A stretch of DNA of 64,000 nucleotides from Tubulanus polymorphus (taxonomy: Eukaryota > Animalia > Nemertea): the NCBI RefSeq assembly GCF_964204645.1, contig NC_134034.1:4810914-4874913 (forward strand), given 5' to 3'. The notes below the pieces were generated by a model. It was given only the letters and a program-made list of their open reading frames with translations. It searched no databases and was not told where the DNA came from. Both the position numbers and the translations under genes were made by a program. Below are positions 37,147 to 49,537 of this stretch, one piece after another. Numbering within the stretch: the stretch's first letter is position 1; each line of letters starts with the position of its first letter.

Positions 37147-39708
37147 ATGAATGTCGTACTCTCAGAACTTAATCTACACCATCTAATCGAAAGATTTCAA
37201 GAAGAAAATGTAAGTAGTAGTAGTAGTAGTAGTCCGAATATCAGAGAGTGTATGGGTTCCTGGGTCATGGGAATTACCAATTCAAATGATAATATTACCG
37301 CTAGATAAAAGTATTGTTTTATTTTTAACCATTTTGTCGTAGGTAAATATTGATATCGTAAAGCATCTTTCTCATGAACAGCTTGTGGAATTAGGAGTCC
37401 ACAATCTTGGCGACAGAGTCTTACTGATAGACAAGTGCAAAAATCCAGTTCCACGAGAAGTTGGTATGTCATAATATTGAAATTATTTCTTGCTCAACAA
37501 TTTGAGGCAATGGCCAATAATGAGATGAGATTGCTTGATTATATTCAGTTAGGGAGCATCTCAAAATGTTGATAGTTACTTCAATTAGAATAACTCGCGG
37601 AAGGGGATGGGGGGGGTAAAGGCCTCCCGCGGATTCATCACCACTGCCGAACTATCGATTTATTGTGGTGCAATAAAGATAACATTGAATTGAACCGTTT
37701 CTCGTTTAGATGCTGTTGATATTTTAGATGTATTTTATTTTGTTTATAAAAGTCTATTAGGCTTTAATAGGTTTCTCACTTGTAATTTTGCTATTTTATT
37801 TTTCAATTAAAAGTTGTGATAATTGCGAAATACACTCGTGAGAATGTCTTATCTTTGTCTGTGGTTTCTCATTAGAAAATCAATAGTTCCAACTTTGAAA
37901 GGGTGGGGTGGGGGGTTAGAAAGAATTAGACAGTTATTCTAATTGAAGTAACTATCGAAATTTTGAGATGCTCCCTTTAGTCATACTCGTATGTCTTCTC
38001 TTCCTATTAATCTGATGCTAGATAATTAAATTTCAGCAATGGTTCGTGGAAGACCTAAAAGAGAGATACCATATCAAAGTCTTGAATATCTTATTCTACA
38101 TACATTCACTTATAAAGAGATTGGCATTATGTTCAATGTTTGTGAAAGAACTATTGCTCAACGTGTTATGGAATTTGGACTTCGCGTCTCTAATATGTCA
38201 GATAAATTATCAGGTGGGTAAGGTCTTGTAAATCACCTATGATATCTGAATACAGCTACATTGGTTTTCGCATTTCTTTAAACCGGTAAACGCCTAATTC
38301 GGTGGAAAAAATTAAAGTCCCAACTGTACTGGTTTAGGCGGAGTCTACTGTATTTCTTACTAGCAAATAAAGCATAATTTTTCTATTTGCAGATGATATT
38401 CTTGATGACATCGTGGCAGATGCTGTAGCCATTCATCCTAATTGGGGAGAAAAGCTACATGCTGGCCACATACAAAGTTTAGGCCTTAGAGTTCAGCGTG
38501 ACCGGATAAGGGAGTCGTTAAGACGGGTCGACCCAGATGGAATCGATTAGAGGAAACGGAAAACACTGAAGAGAAGAGAATATTGGGTTCCAGGGCCAAA
38601 TTTTATATGGCATGTAGATGGCAATCATAAGTTGATTAGGTATAGATTTTTGTCACTTACACTTAATATTTCCTCGATGTATTTGAAAAATATCAAAATG
38701 AAGTATTCTATCCAAAATGATTTCACGATATTTAGCCTTTGACGAGAAGTTCATGTGTATTTCAAACAATAATTAAGAAAGCATTATTGTTACATGGATA
38801 TTAGTAATACATTGTATGAACAATATCATTGAAAGATAACATTTATTGAATTTTCAGATGGCGTATAGTAATTCATGGGGGAATTGATGGATTTTCTCGG
38901 ATTCCTGTCTTTATGTGATGTAGCAACAACAATAGAGCAGATACAGTTTTTAGGAGTTTCAAAAATGCAGTCGAAAGATATGGGCTACCCCAGAAAGTTA
39001 GATCAGACCACGGTGGAGAAAATGTCTTAATTGCTGATTACATAATTGCACATCCTGACAGAGGCCCTGGGCATTTTATTACTGGCCGCAGTGTCCACAA
39101 TCAACAGATAGAAAGACTTTGGCGCGATGTGTATTCTCTCTGCACATCTACCTTCTATAATTTATTTCATTCACTAGAAGAAGAAGGTTTACTGATAGCA
39201 GACAATGACGTTGACCTGTATGTTTTGCACATGGTTTTTCTACCCCGCCTACAAAACAGCATTAATCGCTTTATTGATGCCTGGATATGTCATAAGGTCA
39301 GAACAGTGGGTCAGTCACCGCTTCAATTATGGTTAAGAGGTGAAAACCAAGGCAGCCCTCCTGTTGGTGATCATTTGGTAAGCGAAAAAAAAAAACACAT
39401 GCACAACTTTTTCAGTAGAATAATTTTTCAGTTAATTTATTTATAATCATATTCTGTATAAATTGGTAATACAAGTTTTGAGCTCAAAATGATGTGTGCC
39501 AATTATATTCTCTTTCATTTAGGAACTAATGGCAGCTAACTTGGATGATCACGAGAGAGTTATGGTGCCCTTAACTCCATGTCCCATAGATGAAGCAGAT
39601 CTACCAGTGTTCCAAGAGTTGTCAAGAAGTTCAATGGAAACAGAACATGACTTAGGAAAAAATGCTTATATTGAAATCCGACAAGCTTTCCTGCATTTAT
39701 TATTGTAA
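37147..39708 (+). pseudogene. Six-exon SAM-HTH-integrase-core (IS3EU-like) DDE transposase, two nonsense codons
   Basis: GT-AG, phase-consistent exons 37147-37209, 37343-37463, 38037-38213, 38393-38639, 38858-39377, 39523-39708. Motifs WHVDGNHKLIRW, GIDGFSR, VRSDHGGEN, NQQIERLWRD. Stops at 38548 and 38916. Confidence 0.85.
37551..37976. mobile_element. Harbinger-like MITE in intron 2
   Basis: ~45-bp TIRs AGGGAGCATCTCAAAAT..GATAGTTACTTCAATTAGAATAACT; TTA-type flanks. Confidence 0.7.
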
Positions 39709-39712
39709 TATA

Positions 39713-40022
39713 CAGTCAACTCCTCTTAATCCGGATCCCATTAATCCGGATTTTTAATTATTCCGTAGTCATTTCAAAGTCCCGTTTTTTCTTGTTCAAA
39801 TCCTTAATAAATTATTCAGTTAATCCGTATGAAATAATCCGTATTAATGCTGAAGTAATCAATTTACAAGTGAAAAAATTAATAATACACCCCTTAAGGG
39901 CTATTTCCTGCCTATACTAGGCCAGGTATTAATATTCTGAGAATTTTCAAATAATCTGTATTTTCAGTTAATCCGTATGATTTTGCCAGGTCCCACTTCT
40001 ACGGATTAAGAGGAGTTGACTG
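39713..40022. mobile_element. Tc1/mariner (pogo-like) MITE
   Basis: TA|CAGTCAACTCCTCTTAATCCG ... CGGATTAAGAGGAGTTGACTG|TA. Confidence 0.88.
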
Positions 40023-40283
40023 TAGACTGTAGACTTGACTGTATATAGATAGAAACCAGCTGAATCGTTTATCTGAAACACCAATTTTATGTATTATTTG
40101 TTCAAAAAATATAAAAACTTAATGGACTGAATAAATGAATAACGAAGTAGTCTTATGAATAAAACATAAGTTCATAAACTGGAATGTTAATTGTCAATCC
40201 ACAACAAGCCTTTTGATATCAATATGATTGAACTGAAACCTTGACTGACAAATTCAATGACCGGTTTTCCCTTGAACCTGTTA

Positions 40284-40505
40284 CCCTTTAAAGCCTGGCC
40301 CACTCTAGGGATATATCAAAGGTGAGTGTATGATGGCACATTTCCCATCACCTGCCTTTGATAAATTCCAAGAGGGGGCACTTTTAAGAGTCAACAACCA
40401 GTATGCTGGGCGGGGACGGAATTTATATTCGTGAGGGATCAGGCCCAATTCCCGACCACCGTCATACTAGCTATTGACAAAAAGGGTGCTTTGAGCTTTA
40501 AAGGG
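40284..40505. mobile_element. Degenerate palindromic MITE
   Basis: CCCTTTAAAGC...GCTTTAAAGGG ends with a further internal inverted repeat. Confidence 0.4.
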
Positions 40506-40640
40506 TAAAGATTCTAGGACTATTATCCGACTTAATACATAGTAAATAAAACATACAAACAAATGGGATGTGTGTCATGAGGATTTCATGTTGATTTACT
40601 TCGAATATCCATTTAAAATGAATGCATGTATAAAATCATT

Positions 40641-43600
40641 TTATATACATCCAAATCCCGGGGAATTGTATATACAAAATGTCATCTCCTTGACAAAACT
40701 TTTAACCTCAAGCATCTTTTTATTCACTGGAAGTCTTATTACCATGGCACAAGTATTGGCATGTACTAAGTATCCATCACCACTATGATTGAACTCGATC
40801 CTAGGCTTGTGGTGGAAACCTATTATTGGTTTCTGAGAAGATCCTGTGACAAACATGTGAATATCCTCCAAGGACAGGGTCATCTCGCCAACATCTGTTT
40901 TTTCCTTGATATTGCCTTCTGTAACAGAATTTAATGAAAATAACTCATTGTTTGTTTCAATTATCAAGTTCAGAATGCAGAGAAATAATAATTTTGTTAC
41001 ATAAGTTTGTTCTGTGAAAAATAAAAGTGAAATTAAAAAGAATAGCAGCCTTAAAATGGATTTTGACTGTAGATGTATAAATGATAACACCAGGAGGTGC
41101 TTAAACCTACCAAATGATTCTTCGAGTAAGAACGTCCAATTCATGATAATTTGTTCTTCTTCTACCCTCTTATTTGATCCAGGAGGGGAGTAATCAACAT
41201 GAAATAACTGTGTCATGTAGTCTACGGACATTGGACTTGGAGCCCCACTAAAGACCTTTTCGAATGATGAGGGGAATTTGCGGATGAGATCCAGAACTCC
41301 GAGAGTCGACATGCCTGCATAACATAAGATGTACAAGAATTCAAACATTGTAGCCCTAATGAACAGAATCGTACCGAGCTCTCTGCGTGAACAGAAAACA
41401 ACCTTAAACCCAAGCTGAGACCGAAATGTAATATAGCTGCATTCGCAAATTCTACTGCTAAACTGTAAAATACTAACCTTCTAGAAGTTGGTTTAGCTCT
41501 GATTTTGAACGGTGAACCAGGAAGTTCAAGGCCAGATACTCTACTATCTTTTGTTTGTCGGACAATTTTATGAAAATAGAGGGTTTTGTAAAGCCCATTT
41601 CAAAGCGACATTCTATATTTTCATCTACAAATTTCACCAATTCAGCTTCGTCACAAATCTCATTTAGCTGCAAAAGAAAGTTGAAACAATCAAAAGTGTA
41701 TTAGTACTGTCTTATAATGAACCCGAATACAAACTCTTGAACTGAGAGTCCAGGGAAACCATGCCTACTTTGTGAAATGCTTGACAATTTGACAATTCAA
41801 TATTCAACATCATGGTAAACATATACAAATCAATGAGCTTGAAACTCATTAGGAAGCTACAGGTCGAGGAATTAGCAATAGCCCAAGTGGGCTAAAAAGT
41901 GAATGCAACAGCCCACTAGGACTTCAGTACAAATGGGCTAAAAAAATCAATGAATACTACACCGTTGTAGTTTTTTGCGTAAATCGACATCAGGCACTTC
42001 TTCGACAACGATTGTTTTGGCATCATACTTCTCGTACAGGATAATTTTGGCAATTAATGAATTAAAAAAGTGGGCCCCAGCCCCGCCATGAATAAGGTTC
42101 AAAGCTATTAACTGGCCAAAATGAAAAAAAGATCTGTTATCCAGAGCTACCAAGTCATGACTCAGTGATCTCGAATTTTCTGGCCCAACAAGAAGCGGAG
42201 ATCTAGCAGCCTCTGAAATGACTAATTCCAGGAATTCCCTTCGAGGACCACCATTGTCAATTCCAGCCTCTCCCAAGAAGGTCACTTGAACAGGCTTGGT
42301 TAGTTTTGAAGAATTCGTCCTCTTCAGCTTAGCAACGGCATCTTTAAAGATAAACTTTCTTCTACACGTGAAACTCAATGTCTCTTCGGAATCTTGTTCA
42401 ACTACCTTGGCAGCGTGGTCTTTTACGATAACCTCAAGAGAACGGCCATCCCTAAAGTGAAAATATTTCATTCTATATTTAACCTTTGAAAATAAATTGA
42501 AAAGACCTTAATGAAGTGCAACATAATGATGTGATTTAAACTTGGTTACAGTCGCTTTTGTGAATGTTAACAAATACTTTTTTTGGTTAGGGTTAGAGTG
42601 TATGGGGCACCCACACACCGCTACTGCGGCAATCGAGGATTCCACTCATGGCAGGCGAGGATCCGCCAGGTTCGCTGGTAGATAGTTGGTCGTCCGCGTG
42701 CAATTTCTTCCACATTTCGATTAATTAAATCTGAATGAATTTTTCTCTTATCTTTCCGATACCTAAGTAAAAGAATGAATTTATTGCATATTTGCATAGT
42801 ATATGGATTCGCGAGTCTAAAAATTCAGTTCAATGAAATTCAATGAACTGATTTTGAGAACGGAAGACCTGTCGCCATCTGGTGGGTGAATCGCGTTCCA
42901 TAGATAGCTGGTGTTGTGGGTTCCCCATTGAGAAGGAAAGCATGTACATGTACCATATATAATAAATCTACACACCGATAGCCTAAGAAAGTACACATAG
43001 ACATATAAAAAGCAGAGACCTGAATATAGACTGGGTAACAAAAATATATCCAAGCTACTACCTTTGTTCTTTTAGATAATGATGCCGTAACTGTAAAATA
43101 AATTTGGATTATCCATGACAAGTGTGAATGTGGCATCGTGAAAAGCTGATAGGAAATTGTCTATGAATGTTAATGCAAGAAAATATAGTTTTTCAATTTC
43201 CTGAGTTTAATACAATTCACGTTGACAGTGAAAAGTTTACGACCGTGGCTTACCGTTCCTCTTTCAATTGTGGTTCCACCACCTCGGCTAAGCTGTTAGC
43301 AATTGCCTGATTCAAATCTGCATCACTGTCATCATCTGGAAACATCATATCTAAATCGGTAGTAAGATCAATAAACTCCTGGTGCCTAAAATAAAACCAA
43401 TTATGCATTTTATATAAGCTAATTTAGTACAAGAATCAGAGGGTGTGTCCAGGATGCTGGGAAGAAGCAAGCCATTTAAGACAATCATCTCGGCTTTTTA
43501 TGAAACTAATAATGCATTAAATATCTTACATTTACATGTATGGTAGGTAGTATTGACACCTGATGATGAATTGTAAAACATACATCAACATCACCATATA

Positions 43601-45795
43601 CAGCGAATGTGGAATATAGCTGCTGAAGAAACGTACCTGTGGAAATTGTAGGCTGAATTAGGCCGAACTTGTTTAGGATTTCTTTCTGCATCATTTGTCT
43701 GTAATCCATAATAATAATAATCCTTAGGTCCATTATAGAAAACTTATCACTGATAAAATATTTAGTCAGTGTACTTTTTAATTCAGCAGATACAACAAAC
43801 ATAATAAACTGTTATTGCCTGCAATCTGAAACATCTTGTTACAATGTACATGTATATTACAAGCTATACATACAGACGAAATGCTCCTCTTAACAGCAGC
43901 AACAGCAGCAGCAGCAGCATTTGAAATCTTCGGTAGATCATCGATCAAACTAGCGATTTAAGAATAATATTTAAAAATTTAATTCCTTTCATCTGTAGAG
44001 TGGAATCCTCATTATAACAAACAATAAATCAATTCATCAGATACGGATAACATACATGTATATAGAATTGCGACCCAAGTAAGACAAATTAATTTTATAC
44101 TGGTTTTAACCAACAGGACCCGGTTCCACAGTAGTGAGTTAGAGTTAACTCTGAGTTAAAATTAGTTCATTTTCAATGTTTTAACTCAGAGTCAAATCTT
44201 AACTCACAACTGTGGAACTGGGTTCTGATTTTCTGGTCCTGTGAAGTTCGTTGTAATAAGAAAAAATATATACCCGTCACAGCTTTCAGTGTGTTCCCTC
44301 AACAAAGAGAGTGGAAATTCCTGATCGCATTTCAAGCACTTTTCTTTCACTGATTCCGCCTACAACCAGAAACAAATTTTATTCATACTTAAGATCATTT
44401 ATAAGAACAGCAGAAAATAGTTCATTGACTCACCTTTGGAGTAGTTTGCGACAATATCTCTCTTTGTATGGGGCGAATATAGATTTTTTCTCGAGCCACA
44501 AGGCTCTTCAAGGCATACGGTGTGATGGAGCTGCTTTCAATGTCAAGCAGCTCCAACATTTTATTTGCCCTGGCAGCAAGAAACTCGAAACCACCACCGG
44601 TGGACAACTGTGGAAACACTTCGAACAATTTACCTCGAAGTTCTATGAATGTTGAATCTTTTTCTATTTCCAATGTTTTCTCGCCCAATCCTGACTGTAT
44701 CAGGCTAATTCTACTTTCCCTGTCATGCGGAATAACCATCTGGAAGCAATGAAATAAAACCATTATTGAAACAGATCGTATTAGTGATAATTCGAAGATA
44801 ACTTCTGAGTTATACAATGTACAGTTACTTTGGTATTTTTTAATTAAAACAGCTTTACAATAGGCCTATTAACTTTTCAATGTCTGAACTGCTGGTATAT
44901 GAATGAAAATCTATAACTAACACAGTCAGGATTGCCTAGACAAAAGAAAGTTAATTTCATCATAGCCGACTTGTTTTTCGGATCCTTTTTTTTGATGTAA
45001 ATAAAGTTTTCCTCTCCTTGCCTATGTCATAGGACGGAATAGGTACAGCTAAAAATTTAAAGCATAGGTTTAGTACTGGTACTCGTTATTACAACTTATG
45101 ATTGTAAATTCCCATTTACTCACTTGGACGATTAACACTAGTTGATGATATAAAGTGCCGACATTTCACTTTCAGGAGTGCTCGATCGCCCATTCTTGTT
45201 ACTCCCATGGAGGTGAGGTCAGTGTCGAGCATTGCTACGACAGCTGCTGGAGTTACCTGAATAAGATAATGAAAATATTCTGCAAAACACATTATCTCGC
45301 TTGTGCTGTGAGCCCAATTATGTTACCGCTTCGAGAGAGTAGGCCTAGACTCTGCGCCTGGAAAAATGTTGTTACCGGTTATTGAGAAATACCAGAGCCA
45401 GAAGAGCACTTAGTTTACATCCTTATTACACGTCACAAGACATTACTTCAGGCTTGTAAAGCTGCCTAGCCTGTCATTAGTCATTATAATAATAAAATGA
45501 TCTTAACATATCACAATTCATTTCCATCAACAGGAGACGATCGTCCGGGAGTGGGTGCACGTGCCGGGCGACGATATGGTCTGGATCTTCTCCATATCGA
45601 CGATCCATCCATCCAGATCCATCAACGTATCGTCCGCCGGCGGCGGCACTCGACACTGGTGGTAAGTGGTAGGCCTATGTATATATCTGGATGGATGGGC
45701 TTATTGTCCTTATATTGAATAGTTATCCTTACATTTTCCCTCCGGAATGTTTCTATTACTTCATCAAGTTTCAACTCGGAAAGAATTGCATCCAT
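40641..45795 (-). CDS. Multi-exon SAM + ubiquitin-like + UIM + HECT (G2E3-like) E3 ligase; intactness uncertain
   Basis: Exons 45795-45733 and 45256-45124 (SAM); ~44740-44433 (GGGFEFL..IYIRPIQ); ~43385-43255 (DADLNQAIANSL, UIM-like); HECT exons ~42450-41960 (FLGEAGIDNGGPRREF), ~41667-41477, ~41315-41110 and ~40918-40641 (HANTC). Confidence 0.75.
41740..41947 (+). mobile_element. Short HINE-like element in an intron (related to 51760-52455)
   Basis: Shares GTCCAGGGA.ACCATGCC.ACTTTG and TTCAATATTCAAC with ~51770; has a 3' stem-loop and A-run like 5395-5430. Confidence 0.5.
44118..44225. mobile_element. Small palindromic MITE
   Basis: GACCCGGTTCCACAGT..TTAACTCTGAGTTAAAA pairs with TTTTAACTCAGAGTCAA..ACTGTGGAACTGGGTTC. 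Confidence 0.6.
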
Positions 45796-46612
45796 GATTT
45801 GTATACCGGCGTGATTAGATTAGATTAGATTCGAAGGAAAGCGCAAAAGTTTCGGATTGTGGCGTACTATGTTGCGTCGAAAAGAGCGATATGATTCAAT
45901 TAAATTCTAACTTTATTGAATATATAATACCGTGGCGCCACCATACGGTGAACTATGGAACCTTCACGTAAATAAGCTACGTCGTTACAAACTACCCACG
46001 TCGCAGCGAAATAGATGCGATGAAAAGTAGACACGTCGCAAATATACTACGGTGCAGCAATTATCCTACGTCGGAGAAAATATACACCGACGCAAATATA
46101 CTACGGCGCAGCAATTATCCTACGTCGTAACAATGGTCATGTTTATTGCATGAATCGCGTTCCATAGAGAACCCTCCGAATTTTCCAGATTTGACAAAAC
46201 GTCGTGAACTTCGTCCGCCATTTGCAACATTCATGACAATTTGAGCGATGAAAATTACTCGTTGTAACCGAAAATTCGCTAGACTGGTTCCCGGTATTAC
46301 TCGTTGTAACCGAAAATTCGCTAGACTGGTTCCCGGCTGTATGGAAACTTCGTGACAATTACTCAAATAAAAACCAAATTTCCCCGTAATAAATGTTAAT
46401 AAACCATTAAAATACCGATTATGTACTGCAAAATTACCTTTATTGACATAATATAAGGAGATTTTTATTGAGGCCGTATTTATTTGCTCATTCGCGTAAC
46501 ATCGGAACGATATCGGAAAAAAGCGTATTCCATTGCCTGTGCCAGTAACGCCGTATTACCGCGGGTAGCACCGGAACGGAATACGGCAAAAACGTAACGG
46601 TTGGCAGGTGTG

Positions 46613-46839
46613 GAGTAGGGCTCGGCCTTTGAACACCACCATTATTTAGTCAATACTTTGATGTTCATCTGGCGATACACAAACAAAAGTTGCATTCAGA
46701 CCATCAAGCCAAGGCCTAACTTTCCATGCGCAGTCTTTTTTTCCTCCTCGGTTACAGTAAGATTGTTCTTTATATGTAGGTAAGATACAAATTTCTGGAA
46801 CCGGTTTCTTGACATTATATCAGCGACGGCATTATAGCG
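46613..46839 (-). pseudogene. piggyBac transposase fragment (upstream part)
   Basis: ADIMSRNRFQKFVSYLHIKNN...WKVRPWLD...QSID*IMVVFKGR. Confidence 0.85.
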
Positions 46840-46910
46840 AAAAAAATATTAAAATATAGGTGCAAGTATTTTCACTTGGTATCTTCTGGTATCAATCTGG
46901 GAAAGTGTCT

Positions 46911-47775
46911 TTAACGTTGACTGATTTTAGGGCATGAACAAGTGGAAGACCGTGTCATCAATTTCAGATTTTTGGAGTACCTACCGTCCCTCGCATCTAT
47001 TTTAGAGGCTGACTCTTGTGGAAGTTTTGTTAACAACTCTCGGACACTAGGCTGCTGGTGGTTCGAATATTTTGCCGCAGCGCGATAAACATCGTGCAAT
47101 GGTTCCCATTCAATTAACGATGAATACTTGGAGCCAGATTTGGGAAGCCGATGCCATGAAAGTAGTTGCTCCAGTGCGTCACAGATGTTAGCCTTTCCTT
47201 TGAGTTCAGATTCGTATGGATTTTGCGCACAAGGGTCTTTCAGATGGAAGAAAACCATAGCGATGGACGATATATCCATTTGCATTAACTCGTGCAAACT
47301 CTCCAGAGTAGCTAAGTAGATTTCAGGTGCCATATACACCGGTGAGCCCCTCGCGAAATTTGTGGTGCGCGGTTTTTAAATATAGTTCCAGTCTGTATTA
47401 GGTTCGATCTACTTTCTCTAAAATCTGTTAACTTAGCAATAATCGGTTTCACAGTCCACAATTGACCTTTCGCGCACTCTGGTACATTTTCCCAATGTGT
47501 GTTGGACACCAAAATGTTAGCAGGCTTAAGGTCTCGATGAGCAATGTTATTTTGATGAAGGTAATCTATTCCATTAAGTATGTCCCGTGCTAAAAACATC
47601 TGAAGGTGCTCAAAGTTTTTGTAATCAGAAATACTATCGCAAGTTTTAAGAAAATCTGAGGTTTGAAACATTTTAGGTTTGACGCCAATATGCTCAAATT
47701 TGAATGCGCAATATTCCATTGAATGGCATTTTCCAATGAGGAATATGCTTCGAATGATACAATGTTTTGGTGGAT
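46911..47775 (-). pseudogene. Intronless Ser/Thr protein kinase pseudogene
   Basis: IAHRDLKPANILV, KLTDFR (DFG altered) and YMAPE in a shifted frame. Confidence 0.8.
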
Positions 47776-49189
47776 TTAAAGATCAGATTTGATGCGTTAA
47801 ATATGATTTTTGTATTTTGCGTTGAATTAACGGGTTATTGATGTTTAAGTTTGACGGGTAAAATTTAATGTTTGACGGATGAAATATGAAGGTATGATAT
47901 ATTAAGCTAATGTTTCATTTTGACAGCACATGTATATCTATACCATGGCATAGATAATTTATCAGAAAAAAAGACTTTGACCATGAAAGAAATTTAAAAA
48001 TCGTTTACATTTGTGAACAATCAATTTCTTGTAGCCAATAGAATTTGATGACATATTGGGCATATTTCAATCTGGATAAGCCGATAAAATCATCATTATT
48101 TTATCAGTGCTGAATGATGAAGTTTGATTTTAATAAATTATGGATTTGTGATCTTTCCAAAAAGCCCAGCAGCCGTCAGTGAACAAGTGAATAGAACGAT
48201 AACCACACTCAAACGTGGTAAACGGATAATAAGATAAAAACCCACTATCTACAGATTAAAAAGTGTACACCTGACCATAATCTCTAGCGTGAGGTCGAAA
48301 CGTCGTGTATTTTATATATTCTAGATTGTTCGAATAAATAAATTCTTATATTTTTAATGTATTTTCGTATTCATTAATTCTGTAGCTTCAAGAATGTTAT
48401 ATTATGTACATTTCTAATTCATACTCTATCTCAATATATTGAAGTATATCTAATGAAGCAGCGGTTCGTAATTCCAGTATTTGACATTATAAATCATATC
48501 ATATAACTAGTATTGATAAACATTAACAAATTAAACGCTGATAGCATACAACTTGAATATCAAAATCGAAAAAATAATTTGTTCGTAAATAAATCAAGGG
48601 CAATGGACACAGGGTGAAGGTATAGGCTGATAAAAATATCTAATGACTAAGAATTGTGAATGTGTTTCATAATCATGAATTGAATTAAAATCTTTACGTA
48701 ACGACTTTTCATTTCTCTAAAATTTTCACAAAAACCTACGTATACTTGAACAGTGCAACTTTACATTAAATCCATACATTATATATATTTGTTCCATACA
48801 TTATATATATTTGTTATATAAAAGAGTGAGTTGGCGTGAGCTGAATACAAAACTAACAATACTACAATACTACAATGGCGGCATAGATTTGTTGTCAATC
48901 TTAGTCATTATGATTTATGTGAGATGGTATTTTTTACAGATTTTAGGTCACCGGATGCTTGAAATACAACTGTAAAGCTGTTATATGGCCATTTTTTCAC
49001 TGGTGTTTATATTGTCACGTATCACTGCAAATCTTAAAAATATATCTGGTGGTTAGCAAGACTTCTGCCAGTAATTTCAAAACCGTTCTATATACTTTCC
49101 AGTGGAATTTTCAAAATGATGTTTTCGAAGCTGCAGCTGTCGCGGTAATAGTTGCTATTACAAAGTGACTACTAAAAAAGGTTTCGTTA

Positions 49190-49537
49190 AGCCGCGGACA
49201 CACTGGGCGATTTTATGACCGATTTGATCGTCGACAGACCCGGACACTGAACGATTTCGTCGGCGACGAAATAGGCGAACAGCGCCGCTTATTTTGAAAC
49301 GACCAGCTGCTAGCGCCACCTTTAATAAATCAAAGAGCCGTGATTGGCTGGTTAATACGGCGCTCAAGGCGACTGATCGCCGTACCCGGACACATTGGGC
49401 GATTCTGTCGCCAGCGACAGAATCCAACATGTTGGATTCGGGCGATTTCGTCGGCCGACTAAATCGCCGAAGGCGATTGCCCGGACACTGGGCGATTTTA
49501 CCGGCGGGCGACGAAATTGCCCAGTGTGTCCGGGCCT
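49190..49537. mobile_element. PIF/Harbinger MITE
   Basis: TTA|AGCCGCGGACACACTGGGCG ... GCCCAGTGTGTCCGGGCCT|TTA; internal CGGACAC(A)TGGGCGATT repeats. Confidence 0.8.

Larger units (their letters stand above)
20570..46612 (-). mobile_element. hAT-like TIR element with 6-bp TSD, enclosing a Maverick and an IS3EU-like unit
   Basis: TIRs CAGACCTGCCAAC and GTTGGCAGGTGTG (12/13 match). TSD GAGTAG at 20564-20569 and 46613-46618. The flanks rejoin a piggyBac ORF in frame. A BED-finger remnant lies inside. Confidence 0.85.

Noticed and set aside
45930-45950. Right terminus of the IS3EU-like element (..GGCGCCACCATA)
   Set aside because: No matching left TIR or TSD could be found near 36.7-37.1 kb.
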